This document shows positions 7,312 through 15,118 of a stretch of 25,379 bases of DNA, in pieces (position 1 is the first letter of the stretch; every line of letters begins with the position of its first letter). The notes below the pieces were generated by a model. That model did not search any database. It worked only from the letters and a program-made list of their open reading frames with translations, and had not been told where the DNA came from. A program made the position numbers and the translations under genes. The stretch is from a virus (taxonomy: Duplodnaviria; Caudoviricetes): positions 1 through 25,379 of the IMG/VR virus record IMGVR_UViG_3300030330_001154; one strand, 5' to 3'.

Positions 7312-7579
7312 GTTGCGAAAGCGCGGGCAAGAAGAGCCGATCAATCGACTCCTGTTCTTTACGAAACAAGAGCTGACAGAGCAGAGCTATGCGGTGATCA
7401 GAATCACCTGGTACATCGACGGTCAAATCGCCGGTGTCTCAGAGACCTCGATCGGCTTATACGACCAAGATGTCATCGCTGAGTTTTCTGATCTAGTCGG
7501 GAACGCTTTACGCGCCGGTTGTGACGTTTCGGTCGCTTGTATTGATGACCCGCAATATCTGGGCATCTATGACTCATGA
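7295..7579 (+). CDS. Hypothetical protein (94 aa)
   Basis: Fills the portal-MuF gap and overlaps both neighbours. Confidence 0.7.
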   Translation: MSWLDKLRKRGQEEPINRLLFFTKQELTEQSYAVIRITWYIDGQIAGVSETSIGLYDQDVIAEFSDLVGNALRAGCDVSVACIDDPQYLGIYDS

Positions 7580-8805
7580 GCACGCCGTCGGAGCTTTACC
7601 GCAATGCGATCGACCTCAATCGATTTAGCAACAGCGTTGCCAAGCGAGTTGCTGTTGCATACAACGATCTTGTTCTGGATTCTGTTGATCAGCTTCGTGG
7701 CATCGATGAGCTTGCTGCGCCTGCAAAGGCTGCACGGCTTCGGGCGATCCTCGCGCAGCTAAAGGAGTCCTTAGAGGGCTGGGCGGGAGCAAGCACGCTG
7801 TCGGTCGTCGAGGATCTACAGGGCTTAGCCGTTCTTCAGAGTGAGTTTGTGACGAACGAGCTAAGGCAGGCTCTGCCGATCGAACTTCGAGAGCAGATCC
7901 GCAGTATTCAGATCAGCCCGCAATTTGCTCAATCAGTCGCAACAATAGACCCAACTGAGATTAACGTTGTTTCTCTTAGCGACGACCTACAGGCCGCCGT
8001 CACCGGAGCGCCGCAAACGTTCAGCCTGACCGCCGCGCAGGGAACGACCGTCACCCTCCCGAACGGGAAAGTGCTTGAGAAGTCTTTCCGGGGCCTCGCT
8101 GAATCGCAGGCCGATCTATTCGCTAAGACCGTTCGCAACGGCCTACTTACCGGCGAATCAACCGACAAGATCGCTCGAAGGCTCAAGGGTCGTTTGCGTT
8201 TCGGTCAGCCGGGAAGCCTGCGGCAGATCGCACAGGCCGGAGGCGAGATCACTGCCGTCGCTAATAATCAGGTGATGGCGTTGATCCGGACGAGCATCAA
8301 TCAGGTCGCGAACGAAACGAGTCAGCAGGTCTACCGGGCGAATCAGGACATAACGAAACGTTATCGATACGTCGCGACGCTCGACAGCCGAACTTCCCCG
8401 ATCTGCCGGTCTCTTGACGGTCGCCTGTTTGAGTACGGCAAAGGGCCTACCCCGCCGCAACATTTCAACTGCCGATCTACAACCGTGCCAATCATTGATT
8501 ACAGCGGTCTTGGGATCTCGCGGCCCCCGCAGACGGAACTCCGCCGACCTAATACGGCGTTCGGTCCTTCCCGGGTCAGACGCGGCGATACGGTCCCGAG
8601 CAATCAGACTTACGGCGAGTGGCTTGATAAGCAGCCCAAGGAAGTCAAGGCCGATGTCCTTGGTGCGTCTAAGGTCCCGTACTTCAACCGACTGTCTGAA
8701 AAGTTCGGCCCGACAGTCGCGATCCGGAAGTTTGTAAGTCAAGACGGCACAGAGCTAACGTTAGAGCAGCTCAAGCGTCGTTATCCCGATGTCTCTTCCA
8801 GCTAA
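7576..8805 (+). CDS. Minor head morphogenesis protein (MuF / SPP1 gp7 family)
   Basis: YVATLDSRTSPICRSLDG...PPQHFNCRST signature; position after the portal gene. Confidence 0.9.
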   Translation: MSTPSELYRNAIDLNRFSNSVAKRVAVAYNDLVLDSVDQLRGIDELAAPAKAARLRAILAQLKESLEGWAGASTLSVVEDLQGLAVLQSEFVTNELRQALPIELREQIRSIQISPQFAQSVATIDPTEINVVSLSDDLQAAVTGAPQTFSLTAAQGTTVTLPNGKVLEKSFRGLAESQADLFAKTVRNGLLTGESTDKIARRLKGRLRFGQPGSLRQIAQAGGEITAVANNQVMALIRTSINQVANETSQQVYRANQDITKRYRYVATLDSRTSPICRSLDGRLFEYGKGPTPPQHFNCRSTTVPIIDYSGLGISRPPQTELRRPNTAFGPSRVRRGDTVPSNQTYGEWLDKQPKEVKADVLGASKVPYFNRLSEKFGPTVAIRKFVSQDGTELTLEQLKRRYPDVSSS

Positions 8806-8899
8806 ATACCAGTTCAAAGCGCAAGGCGCTGAGGACAAGCCGAAGGCGACGGCTAAGAAGAAAACCGCTAAAAAGGACGCAGTAAAGGAGGCTGACTGA
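8789..8899 (+). CDS. Small Lys/Ala-rich protein (36 aa)
   Basis: Hand-translated MSLPAKYQFKAQGAEDKPKATAKKKTAKKDAVKEAD; TGATG coupling to the next ORF. Confidence 0.55.
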   Translation: MSLPAKYQFKAQGAEDKPKATAKKKTAKKDAVKEAD

Positions 8900-8982
8900 T
8901 GCCTAGCGGACCTGGCACCTACGGCTCAAAAATGGGCCGTCCCCCTAAGGAGAAAAAGAAGAAGGGCGGCAAGAAAAAGTAA
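8899..8982 (+). CDS. Very small basic peptide (27 aa) with a GRP motif
   Basis: Hand-translated MPSGPGTYGSKMGRPPKEKKKKGGKKK; strong RBS AAGGAGG upstream; start/stop overlaps on both sides. Confidence 0.7.
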   Translation: MPSGPGTYGSKMGRPPKEKKKKGGKKK

Positions 8983-9221
8983 TGGCACGGAAGCAGCGGC
9001 GAGTTCCGAAGGACAAGGCCACCGGCCTGCCTAAGAAGTACCTCTCAGGTGCGCGGAACCGCTCTGCCAAGGCCCGTGAGATCAAGCGAACTGCCGAGGC
9101 CTACAAGGCTGGCGAGTTCATCGACATCAAAGCTGTTTCCGCATCGAGGACCAAGCAAGGTGGCACCAAAAAGAAAACCACTAAGCGCCGCAACAAAAAA
9201 GTCTCTAAAAGAAAAGGCTGA
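8982..9221 (+). CDS. Small basic protein (79 aa)
   Basis: TAATG-coupled to the upstream ORF; very K/R-rich. Confidence 0.7.
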   Translation: MARKQRRVPKDKATGLPKKYLSGARNRSAKAREIKRTAEAYKAGEFIDIKAVSASRTKQGGTKKKTTKRRNKKVSKRKG

Positions 9222-9411
9222 GAAGTCCAAGTTCTTTTATGGCGAGTTGGCTGCGGTCTACCGCAAGGGCCAAGGTGCTTATCTCTCCAGCGGATCGCGG
9301 AACGTGCCGATGGCGGCCTGGGCCATGGGCCGCGTTAACAGCTATATGCGAGGCGACAAGGCACGGACGGCAGATGCTGCGATCTACGCTCGCTACAACA
9401 AAAAGCGATGA
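9160..9411 (+). CDS. Small basic protein (83 aa), DUF5824-like
   Basis: Taken from GTG 9160; LAAVYRKGQGAYLSSGSR...AWAMGRVNSY resembles a viral VYxRG...WAxARVxSF family (from recall). Confidence 0.7.
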   Translation: MAPKRKPLSAATKKSLKEKAEKSKFFYGELAAVYRKGQGAYLSSGSRNVPMAAWAMGRVNSYMRGDKARTADAAIYARYNKKR

Positions 9412-9563
9412 AGCTGACAACCCGCCAAAAGAACGCTTTGAAGCGGCACCAAGAGGCGCACGGCCACACCAAGGCGCACATGGACTTTATGAAGCGCAAG
9501 ATGCGTGAGGGCATGAGCTTCACCAAGGCGCACCGCCTGGCTATGAGCAAGAAAGGCAAATGA
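9408..9563 (+). CDS. Small basic His-rich protein (51 aa)
   Basis: Hand-translated MKLTTRQKNALKRHQEAHGHTKAHMDFMKRKMREGMSFTKAHRLAMSKKGK; ATGA overlaps at both ends. Confidence 0.75.
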   Translation: MKLTTRQKNALKRHQEAHGHTKAHMDFMKRKMREGMSFTKAHRLAMSKKGK

Positions 9564-9841
9564 GCATCAAACGCGGTGGCCATACGTTTACGGGCTATGA
9601 CAAGCCCATCCGCACGCCGAATCATCCGAGCGGTAAGTCTCACGCTGTCGTCATTAACCAAGGCGGCAAGCCGAGGCTCATTAGGTTCGGCCAGCAGGGT
9701 GCTAAAACGAAACGTCCGCGCAAAGGTGAGAGCGCTGCGGATAAAGCTAAGCGTGCGTCGTTCAAGGCACGCCACGCGAAGAACATCGCGAAGGGTAAAA
9801 CATCTGCCGCATTTTGGGCTGACAAGGTGAAATGGTCCTGA
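9560..9841 (+). CDS. Small basic protein (93 aa)
   Basis: LIRFGQQG...RASFKARH...SAAFWADKVKW pattern typical of small viral basic proteins; ATGA-coupled. Confidence 0.8.
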   Translation: MSIKRGGHTFTGYDKPIRTPNHPSGKSHAVVINQGGKPRLIRFGQQGAKTKRPRKGESAADKAKRASFKARHAKNIAKGKTSAAFWADKVKWS

Positions 9842-9882
9842 GGCAGTTACCATAGGGCGGCAATTAACCCTGCGGGTTATTC

Positions 9883-10572
9883 ATGGCCGATGAAACTAAT
9901 CGTCAGGAGCCTGCGGCTTTTGATGCGTCTCAAGAAATCGATCAACTGCAAAAAAGGTTGCAGGCGATGGATCGAAAAAATGCAGAGCTTCTCGATGAGT
10001 ACAAAAAAGCTGTAGAGAAATCCAAAGCTGTTCCTGATGGCGTTGATATTCAGGAGCTACTGGACTTCAAAGCTAAGGCAGAACAAGCAGACCTGGAGAA
10101 ACAAGGCAAGTACACCGAAGCAAGACAGGCTCTGGAGCAGCAGTTCCGTGAGGCGACGGAAGAGAAGGACAAGCGCATCGCGGAGCTAGAGGCACGCGTG
10201 CGTGAGCTTGAGCTAATCGCCCCGGCTAACAACGCACTCGCTGACGTTGTGCATGATCCGAGCATCGTGTTCAAGGCTCAACTGCTGAACCCGAATCAGA
10301 TCGAGCGAGAGGCCGACGGCACTGTCGTAGTCGTCAACGGTTACGAGCGCAAACCGATCGGCGAATGGGCGAAGACTTTGCCGAGCTATATGCAGAAAGC
10401 TCCGAAGCCCGTCGGAACTGGTGCCCCTTCAGGGCGAAGCGCAGGCGGCGATATTCCCCCGGGGACAAAGAATCCCTTCGCCAAAGAGTCCTACAACCTC
10501 ACAGAACAGTCCCGGCTATATCGCACGGATCGGGATATGTATGAGAGGTTGAAAGCTGCTGCTAACCGTTAA
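9883..10572 (+). CDS. Capsid scaffolding protein
   Basis: Coiled-coil N-half, G/P-rich linker and C-terminal KNPF...NLTEQ.RLY motif; immediately upstream of the major capsid gene. Confidence 0.8.
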   Translation: MADETNRQEPAAFDASQEIDQLQKRLQAMDRKNAELLDEYKKAVEKSKAVPDGVDIQELLDFKAKAEQADLEKQGKYTEARQALEQQFREATEEKDKRIAELEARVRELELIAPANNALADVVHDPSIVFKAQLLNPNQIEREADGTVVVVNGYERKPIGEWAKTLPSYMQKAPKPVGTGAPSGRSAGGDIPPGTKNPFAKESYNLTEQSRLYRTDRDMYERLKAAANR

Positions 10573-10642
10573 TATGAAAAGAACCGGCTGCGCTGGTTAG
10601 GGCTGCGCCCAAACCGTAAACATCTTTTTTTGAGGATCTGTC

Positions 10643-11665
10643 ATGGCGACTCTTCGCTCTGACATCATCATCCCAGAGGTATTTACGCCTTATGTCATTG
10701 AGCAAACCACTCAGCGTGATGCCTTCCTGGCTAGCGGTGTGGTGCAGCCAATGGCGGAGCTAAATGCCGCTGAAGATGGTGGTGATTTCGTACAAGTGCC
10801 TTTCTATAAGGCAAACCTGTCAGGCGATTTTGAGCGTCTGACGGATAGCTCTTCGCTGACTCCCGGCAAGATCAGTGCAGACAAGCAGGTTGCTGCTGTC
10901 CTGCATCGTGGTCGTGCATTCGAGTCCCGTGACCTGGCTGCCTTGGCTGCCGGCTCTGACCCGATGGCTGCGATCGGCAACAAGATTGCTGACTACATCG
11001 CTAACCAGCGCCAGAAGGATCTGTTGTCCTGCCTGGCCGGTATTTTCGGTGCTGTCGGTGATACCAGCTCCGCATCTTTCGCAGCCCTTGCTGTTGACGG
11101 TGCTTCTGGTGACAGCCCGACTCAGCTCACCGCACGTCAGATTGTTGAAGGTCAATCCCTGCTGGGTGATCAAGGCGACAAGCTGGCTGCAATCGTTGTG
11201 CACCCCAAGGTGTATTACGACCTTAAGGAGCGCCGTGCCCTTGACATGATCTACGACGATGCAGGTCAGCCTGACACCGCCGCAGCTCAAGGCTCACTGG
11301 CGAACGCCTTCGGTCCCGTTGCCGTCCCAACTTTCATGGGAATGCGCGTAATTGTGTCTGCTGATGTGCAGACCGCTGGCTCCGGTGCGACTACCGAGTA
11401 CGCCAGCTACATGTTCACTCAGGGTGCCGTCGGCTCCGGTGAGCAACTCGGCCTCCAAACTGAGACCGACCGCGACATCCTTGCCAAGAGCGATGCGATG
11501 TCGATCGATCTGCACTACGTGTACCACCCGATCGGTTCTTCGTTCTCTACTTCCGTTTCCAACCCGACTCGGGCACAACTGGAAACCGTGGGTAACTGGA
11601 CAAAGGTGTACGAGACCAACAACATTGGCATCGTGCGGATTACCACCACCAGCGCACTCGACTGA
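10643..11665 (+). CDS. Major capsid protein
   Basis: 340 aa; TLRSDIIIPEVFTPYV...FLASGVV, SDPMAAIG, ETDRDIL, NPTRAQLETVGNWTKVY motifs typical of siphovirus coat proteins; GAGGA RBS. Confidence 0.9.
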   Translation: MATLRSDIIIPEVFTPYVIEQTTQRDAFLASGVVQPMAELNAAEDGGDFVQVPFYKANLSGDFERLTDSSSLTPGKISADKQVAAVLHRGRAFESRDLAALAAGSDPMAAIGNKIADYIANQRQKDLLSCLAGIFGAVGDTSSASFAALAVDGASGDSPTQLTARQIVEGQSLLGDQGDKLAAIVVHPKVYYDLKERRALDMIYDDAGQPDTAAAQGSLANAFGPVAVPTFMGMRVIVSADVQTAGSGATTEYASYMFTQGAVGSGEQLGLQTETDRDILAKSDAMSIDLHYVYHPIGSSFSTSVSNPTRAQLETVGNWTKVYETNNIGIVRITTTSALD

Positions 11666-11679
11666 GGAGGTAACTAACC

Positions 11680-12042
11680 ATGGCATCCATTTTTGAGGCA
11701 ACAGCGGGCAAACTGATTGGCCCGACTACTGGCGGCACTGTGACCCAGGCCACCAATAAGACCACTGGCGTGACGCTTAACGCGGCATCCGGTCAAATCA
11801 CCATGAACGGCGCAGAACTTGCTGGTGCCGCTGAAGCCACCTTCACGGTAACTAACAGCGAAGTCAGCAGCACTGACGTTGTTGTGGTCAACCACAGCTC
11901 TGCCGGAACTGCCGGTTCTTATCTCGTTCAAGCCAACAGCATTGCTGACGGCTCGTTCGCGATCACCGTGGCTAACGTTGGCTCTACCGCCAGCGAAGCC
12001 ATCGTGCTGAGCTTCGTGGCTCTGAAGGGCGCTAGCTCCTGA
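11680..12042 (+). CDS. Probable capsid decoration / minor virion protein
   Basis: Strong GAGGAGG RBS directly after the MCP gene; beta-rich A/G/S/T composition. Confidence 0.6.
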   Translation: MASIFEATAGKLIGPTTGGTVTQATNKTTGVTLNAASGQITMNGAELAGAAEATFTVTNSEVSSTDVVVVNHSSAGTAGSYLVQANSIADGSFAITVANVGSTASEAIVLSFVALKGASS

Positions 12043-12212
12043 TGGGTCTCTTCGCCTTTAGGCGGATGAAGGAACGTGAGGCTGCTGCACAAGCGGCGGC
12101 CTCCGCTTCTAAAAAGCCGACCAAAAAGACTTCTACTGTGACGCCCGATGGCAGTAACAATCGACGCAACAGCGGGCGGCGCAAACGCCAACAGCTACAT
12201 AACGCTGACTGA
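12042..12212 (+). CDS. Small basic hypothetical protein (56 aa)
   Basis: Hand-translated MGLFAFRRMKEREAAAQAAASASKKPTKK...; TGATG-coupled; fills the gap before 12148 and overlaps that gene. Confidence 0.5.
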   Translation: MGLFAFRRMKEREAAAQAAASASKKPTKKTSTVTPDGSNNRRNSGRRKRQQLHNAD

Positions 12213-12708
12213 GGCGAACACGTTCGTCGAGGCGATGATTGAGTCCACTGATGTGGGCAAATGGAGCACCGGCAATGACGATTCACGCAACCGCGCTTTG
12301 ACAGCTGCGGCTGAACGTTTGGACCGCGAGAGATTTTTAGGCGCACGCGCCACCGATACGCAAGCAAGGCAATGGCCGCGTACTGGCGTGCGAAAGCCCG
12401 ACACCTACGTCAACACTTACGCAACCGGGTTTCCGTTTCGTATCTCTGAGGATTACTTCACCGACGAAGAGATCCCGGATCAGATTAAGCGGGCTCAGAT
12501 CGAGCTTGCTGTCTACCTGAAGAACAATACGGACGGCATCAGCTTGAGCGGCCTGAACGACTTCAAGAACGTGAAGATCGGCAGCCTTGATGTCACGCCT
12601 GATAAGTCCGGCGCTGTTGGTGCTGATCACGTTCCGCCGATGTTTGAAAGGTACTTAACGGGTCTTAGAATTAGTGGACCAGGCAACATCGCTATCAAAC
12701 GGAGCTGA
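12148..12708 (+). CDS. Head-tail adaptor (DnaT-like/ANSY family)
   Basis: ANSYITLTEA, RAL..A...LD, Q...WPR and IP.QIKRAQIELA motifs; position after the capsid genes. Confidence 0.75.
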   Translation: MAVTIDATAGGANANSYITLTEANTFVEAMIESTDVGKWSTGNDDSRNRALTAAAERLDRERFLGARATDTQARQWPRTGVRKPDTYVNTYATGFPFRISEDYFTDEEIPDQIKRAQIELAVYLKNNTDGISLSGLNDFKNVKIGSLDVTPDKSGAVGADHVPPMFERYLTGLRISGPGNIAIKRS

Positions 12709-12710
12709 CC

Positions 12711-12941
12711 ATGTACGCAGATCTTTCAGGCGGCTTCGAGTTCATCTCTGATACTGCTGCCCACACCGGCAGGTTCAGCAAGGTGTACTTCAAGGAAGAC
12801 ACTGTGATCAGCGCGATCACGGTGAAGAATGCAACCGGCAACAGCTTGGCCGGTGAGACCTTTGTGGCTGACACCTACATCTGCGGAATTATTACAAGCA
12901 TCACGCTGACCAGTGGCGCTTGCATTGCCTATAACCTCTGA
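12711..12941 (+). CDS. Hypothetical protein, probably virion-associated (76 aa)
   Basis: GGAG RBS; beta-rich; TGATG-coupled to the next gene. Confidence 0.65.
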   Translation: MYADLSGGFEFISDTAAHTGRFSKVYFKEDTVISAITVKNATGNSLAGETFVADTYICGIITSITLTSGACIAYNL

Positions 12942-13297
12942 TGGCACTTGCTGATTCACTGGCACGGGTTGCAAGCAATGTGCTGAAGCAGTTCGGCGGT
13001 GATGTGACAGTTCGTATCGTCACGGCTGGCAGCTACAACACCACAACCGGCGCAATTACGGAAAGCGAAAGCGACACAACGGTTCCAGGCATCCTTGAGG
13101 ATGTGAACCTGCGCGAGGTGAATGAGCTGGTGCAGGCTGGTGACAAGCGTCTAACGGTTGCCGCTGATGACCTTGCCACCGCGCCTGAGACGAAGGATCG
13201 CGTCGTTATTGGCAGCGTTGTTCATCAGATCATCCGTGTGGAGACAACGGAGCAGGACAACACTGCGATCATTCATGAGCTGATCCTGAGGGCGTAA
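12941..13297 (+). CDS. Head closure / head-tail joining protein
   Basis: Size, synteny and YNTTTG...LVQAGDKRL...P...DRV pattern. Confidence 0.7.
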   Translation: MALADSLARVASNVLKQFGGDVTVRIVTAGSYNTTTGAITESESDTTVPGILEDVNLREVNELVQAGDKRLTVAADDLATAPETKDRVVIGSVVHQIIRVETTEQDNTAIIHELILRA

Positions 13298-13299
13298 CG

Positions 13300-13668
13300 A
13301 TGGCACGCGAGATCCCGCTGGACCGAATCGGTGACTACTACCGGGAGAGCATCCGGATCTTGGTTGCGGCTACGACGCTTGAGGCCGAGAAGCGCCTGAA
13401 AGAAAAGACGCCTGTCCGCGTTGTTTACGAAGGGGAGCCCAAAGGCGGCGGTCGATTGCGAAACGCCTGGCAGTCTGATCCTGCGAAAGGCGAAGTAATC
13501 AACAACGTTGAATATGCCGAGCCGGTTGTCTATGGAACGAACCTGCCGCCATCTTGGAAGGGCGAATACAGGACGCGGCAGAACACGGTCCCCGGCTTCC
13601 CTGACCTCATCGCCAAAGAGCTTGAGTCATGGGTGAAGCGCGAGTACAACAAGATTGCGAACAGGTGA
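13300..13668 (+). CDS. HK97 gp10-like tail completion protein
   Basis: KTPV...GRLRNAW...NNVEYAEPVVYG motif. Confidence 0.75.
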   Translation: MAREIPLDRIGDYYRESIRILVAATTLEAEKRLKEKTPVRVVYEGEPKGGGRLRNAWQSDPAKGEVINNVEYAEPVVYGTNLPPSWKGEYRTRQNTVPGFPDLIAKELESWVKREYNKIANR

Positions 13669-13671
13669 CGC

Positions 13672-14097
13672 ATGGCTGCTGCTGATCTCAACTCCATCAG
13701 GGCCACGATCGAAGGCAGGCTTGCCACTGAGCTTGCTAACAGCCCGGCCATCCCTGTTGTCTTCCACAACATGGCGTATGAGCCGACGCCGAACAGCTCA
13801 TGGGTGCAATGTCTAACGACCTTTGGGGCCAACGAATATCTAGGTCAAGGCCTGACAACTAACTCTCAAAACCGGATTGTCGGCCTTGTCGTGATGAACA
13901 TATTTTCCGGCAAAGGCGTAGGCCCTGGAGCCAACCTTGTCATTGGTAAACGCATTCGGGATTTGTATAATCGAGTTATCGTGTCGGGGGTTTACTTCGA
14001 CGCTCCTTCTGGCCCAGAGGCTCTGGCTTCGCCAAGTCCCGAGGGTTACTTCCAAACTCAGGTCCGTGTGACCTTTGAATTTATCGAGGAACTCTGA
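13672..14097 (+). CDS. Tail terminator protein (DUF4128-like)
   Basis: Immediately upstream of the tail tube gene; G...NIF...GVG and FQTQVRVTF patterns. Confidence 0.7.
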   Translation: MAAADLNSIRATIEGRLATELANSPAIPVVFHNMAYEPTPNSSWVQCLTTFGANEYLGQGLTTNSQNRIVGLVVMNIFSGKGVGPGANLVIGKRIRDLYNRVIVSGVYFDAPSGPEALASPSPEGYFQTQVRVTFEFIEEL

Positions 14098-14099
14098 CC

Positions 14100-14522
14100 A
14101 TGGCCGTCCTTCGCGGAGAACAAGGCGCAGTCCAGTTTGACGCCGCAGGCTCAAGCAACGCCACAATCGTCGGCACCCGTAGCTGGAGCCTTTCAACAAC
14201 TAAGGAAACTCTGGACGTCTCCAAGCATGGCGACACCTTCCGCAGTTTCGTTGGCAGCATGATTAGCGGCTCTGGCACTGTTGAGCTGGTCTATGACCCT
14301 GACGCCACCGGCCAAGCTGCTTTCCTCGAAGACGTTCTGACCACTGCAGATCCTGCAGACGCGACGTTTGAATTGTTCACAACCGGCACCACATCTGGAT
14401 CCGACTCTGTGAGCTTCGCCGGAATCATCACCGACATGGAGATCACTTCAACTGTTGGTGAGATTGATATTGTCACCTGCAACTTCATCACCAGCGGCAC
14501 CATCACCGGCAACCTTGAGTGA
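14100..14522 (+). CDS. Major tail tube protein
   Basis: 140 aa; RSWSLS..KETLDVS.HGD..R.FV..MISGSGTVEL.YD and SFAGIIT motifs; GAGGA RBS. Confidence 0.85.
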   Translation: MAVLRGEQGAVQFDAAGSSNATIVGTRSWSLSTTKETLDVSKHGDTFRSFVGSMISGSGTVELVYDPDATGQAAFLEDVLTTADPADATFELFTTGTTSGSDSVSFAGIITDMEITSTVGEIDIVTCNFITSGTITGNLE

Positions 14523-14533
14523 TAAGGCTATAG

Positions 14534-14559
14534 TTTAAGCGGCAAAAGTGTCGCTTAAA
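14534..14559 (+). promoter_or_regulatory. Intergenic hairpin abutting the chaperone start codon
   Basis: TTTAAGCGGCA-AAAG-TGTCGCTTAAA forms an 11-bp stem with one G-U pair; the last A is the A of ATG 14559. Confidence 0.55.
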
Positions 14560-14918
14560 TGCCTGCATCAAATCGAACCGTTGATCTGCTGGTTGGGGCG
14601 TTTGACCTCAACCAGCGCCGCAAGTTTGAGCTGAAGAACGGCGACGGCAAAAAGATTGTCGATCTGTACTTCAAGCCAATCACGCGAGCAGACCGAAAGA
14701 AAGCTTCTGCCCTCGCCGGGACTGATGAGGCGTTAGACATCAGCACGCAAATGCTGTGTCAGGTTGCTGAGCTGGAAGATGGCACGAAAGCCTTTGCCTC
14801 TGCTGATGCGAATAAGCTTCAGCGTCAGTTGCCCGAGTCTGTGCTGAATGAAATTGAGCTGTTCTTGTTTGGCGTTGCGGACGATAGCGGCGACATCGAC
14901 GACGTAAAAAACGACTGA
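14559..14918 (+). CDS. Tail assembly chaperone (lambda gpG analogue)
   Basis: Lies between the tail tube and tape measure genes; ends at a slippery heptamer. Confidence 0.85.
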   Translation: MPASNRTVDLLVGAFDLNQRRKFELKNGDGKKIVDLYFKPITRADRKKASALAGTDEALDISTQMLCQVAELEDGTKAFASADANKLQRQLPESVLNEIELFLFGVADDSGDIDDVKND

Positions 14919-15094
14919 AGCAGGACAAGTGGACTTACTTTGAGTTCTTCTTGGCCTGCGAACTTGGAATGACTGTTAGCAGGCTTCGCACGGAACTGAC
15001 CGATGCGGAGCTGCTGCACTTCGCGGCGTTTTACTCGTTAAAAGGAGAAGAGGAGGAAAAAGTAATGGAGCGCGCAAAGCAGAGACGGCGGTAA
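14906..15094 (+). CDS. Tail assembly chaperone -1 frameshift extension (gpGT analogue)
   Basis: A AAA AAC at 14906-14912; the -1 frame reads KRLKQDKWTYFEFFLACELGMTVSRLRTELTDAELLHFAAFYSLKGEEEEKVMERAKQRRR to TAA 15092-15094. Confidence 0.85.
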   Translation, partial: KKRLKQDKWTYFEFFLACELGMTVSRLRTELTDAELLHFAAFYSLKGEEEEKVMERAKQRRR

Positions 15095-15118
15095 GATTGA
15101 CTTATCGCCGGGTGGCTT

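Noticed and set aside
7576-8805. MuF-fused polymorphic toxin
   Set aside because: Only about 105 aa follow HFNCRS, with no recognisable toxin motif and no evident immunity gene.
9049-9159. Track start at 9049 (and likewise 19278 for the gpI-like gene)
   Set aside because: These extensions overlap upstream genes and read as low-complexity off-frame sequence; GTG 9160 and ATG 19416 fit better.
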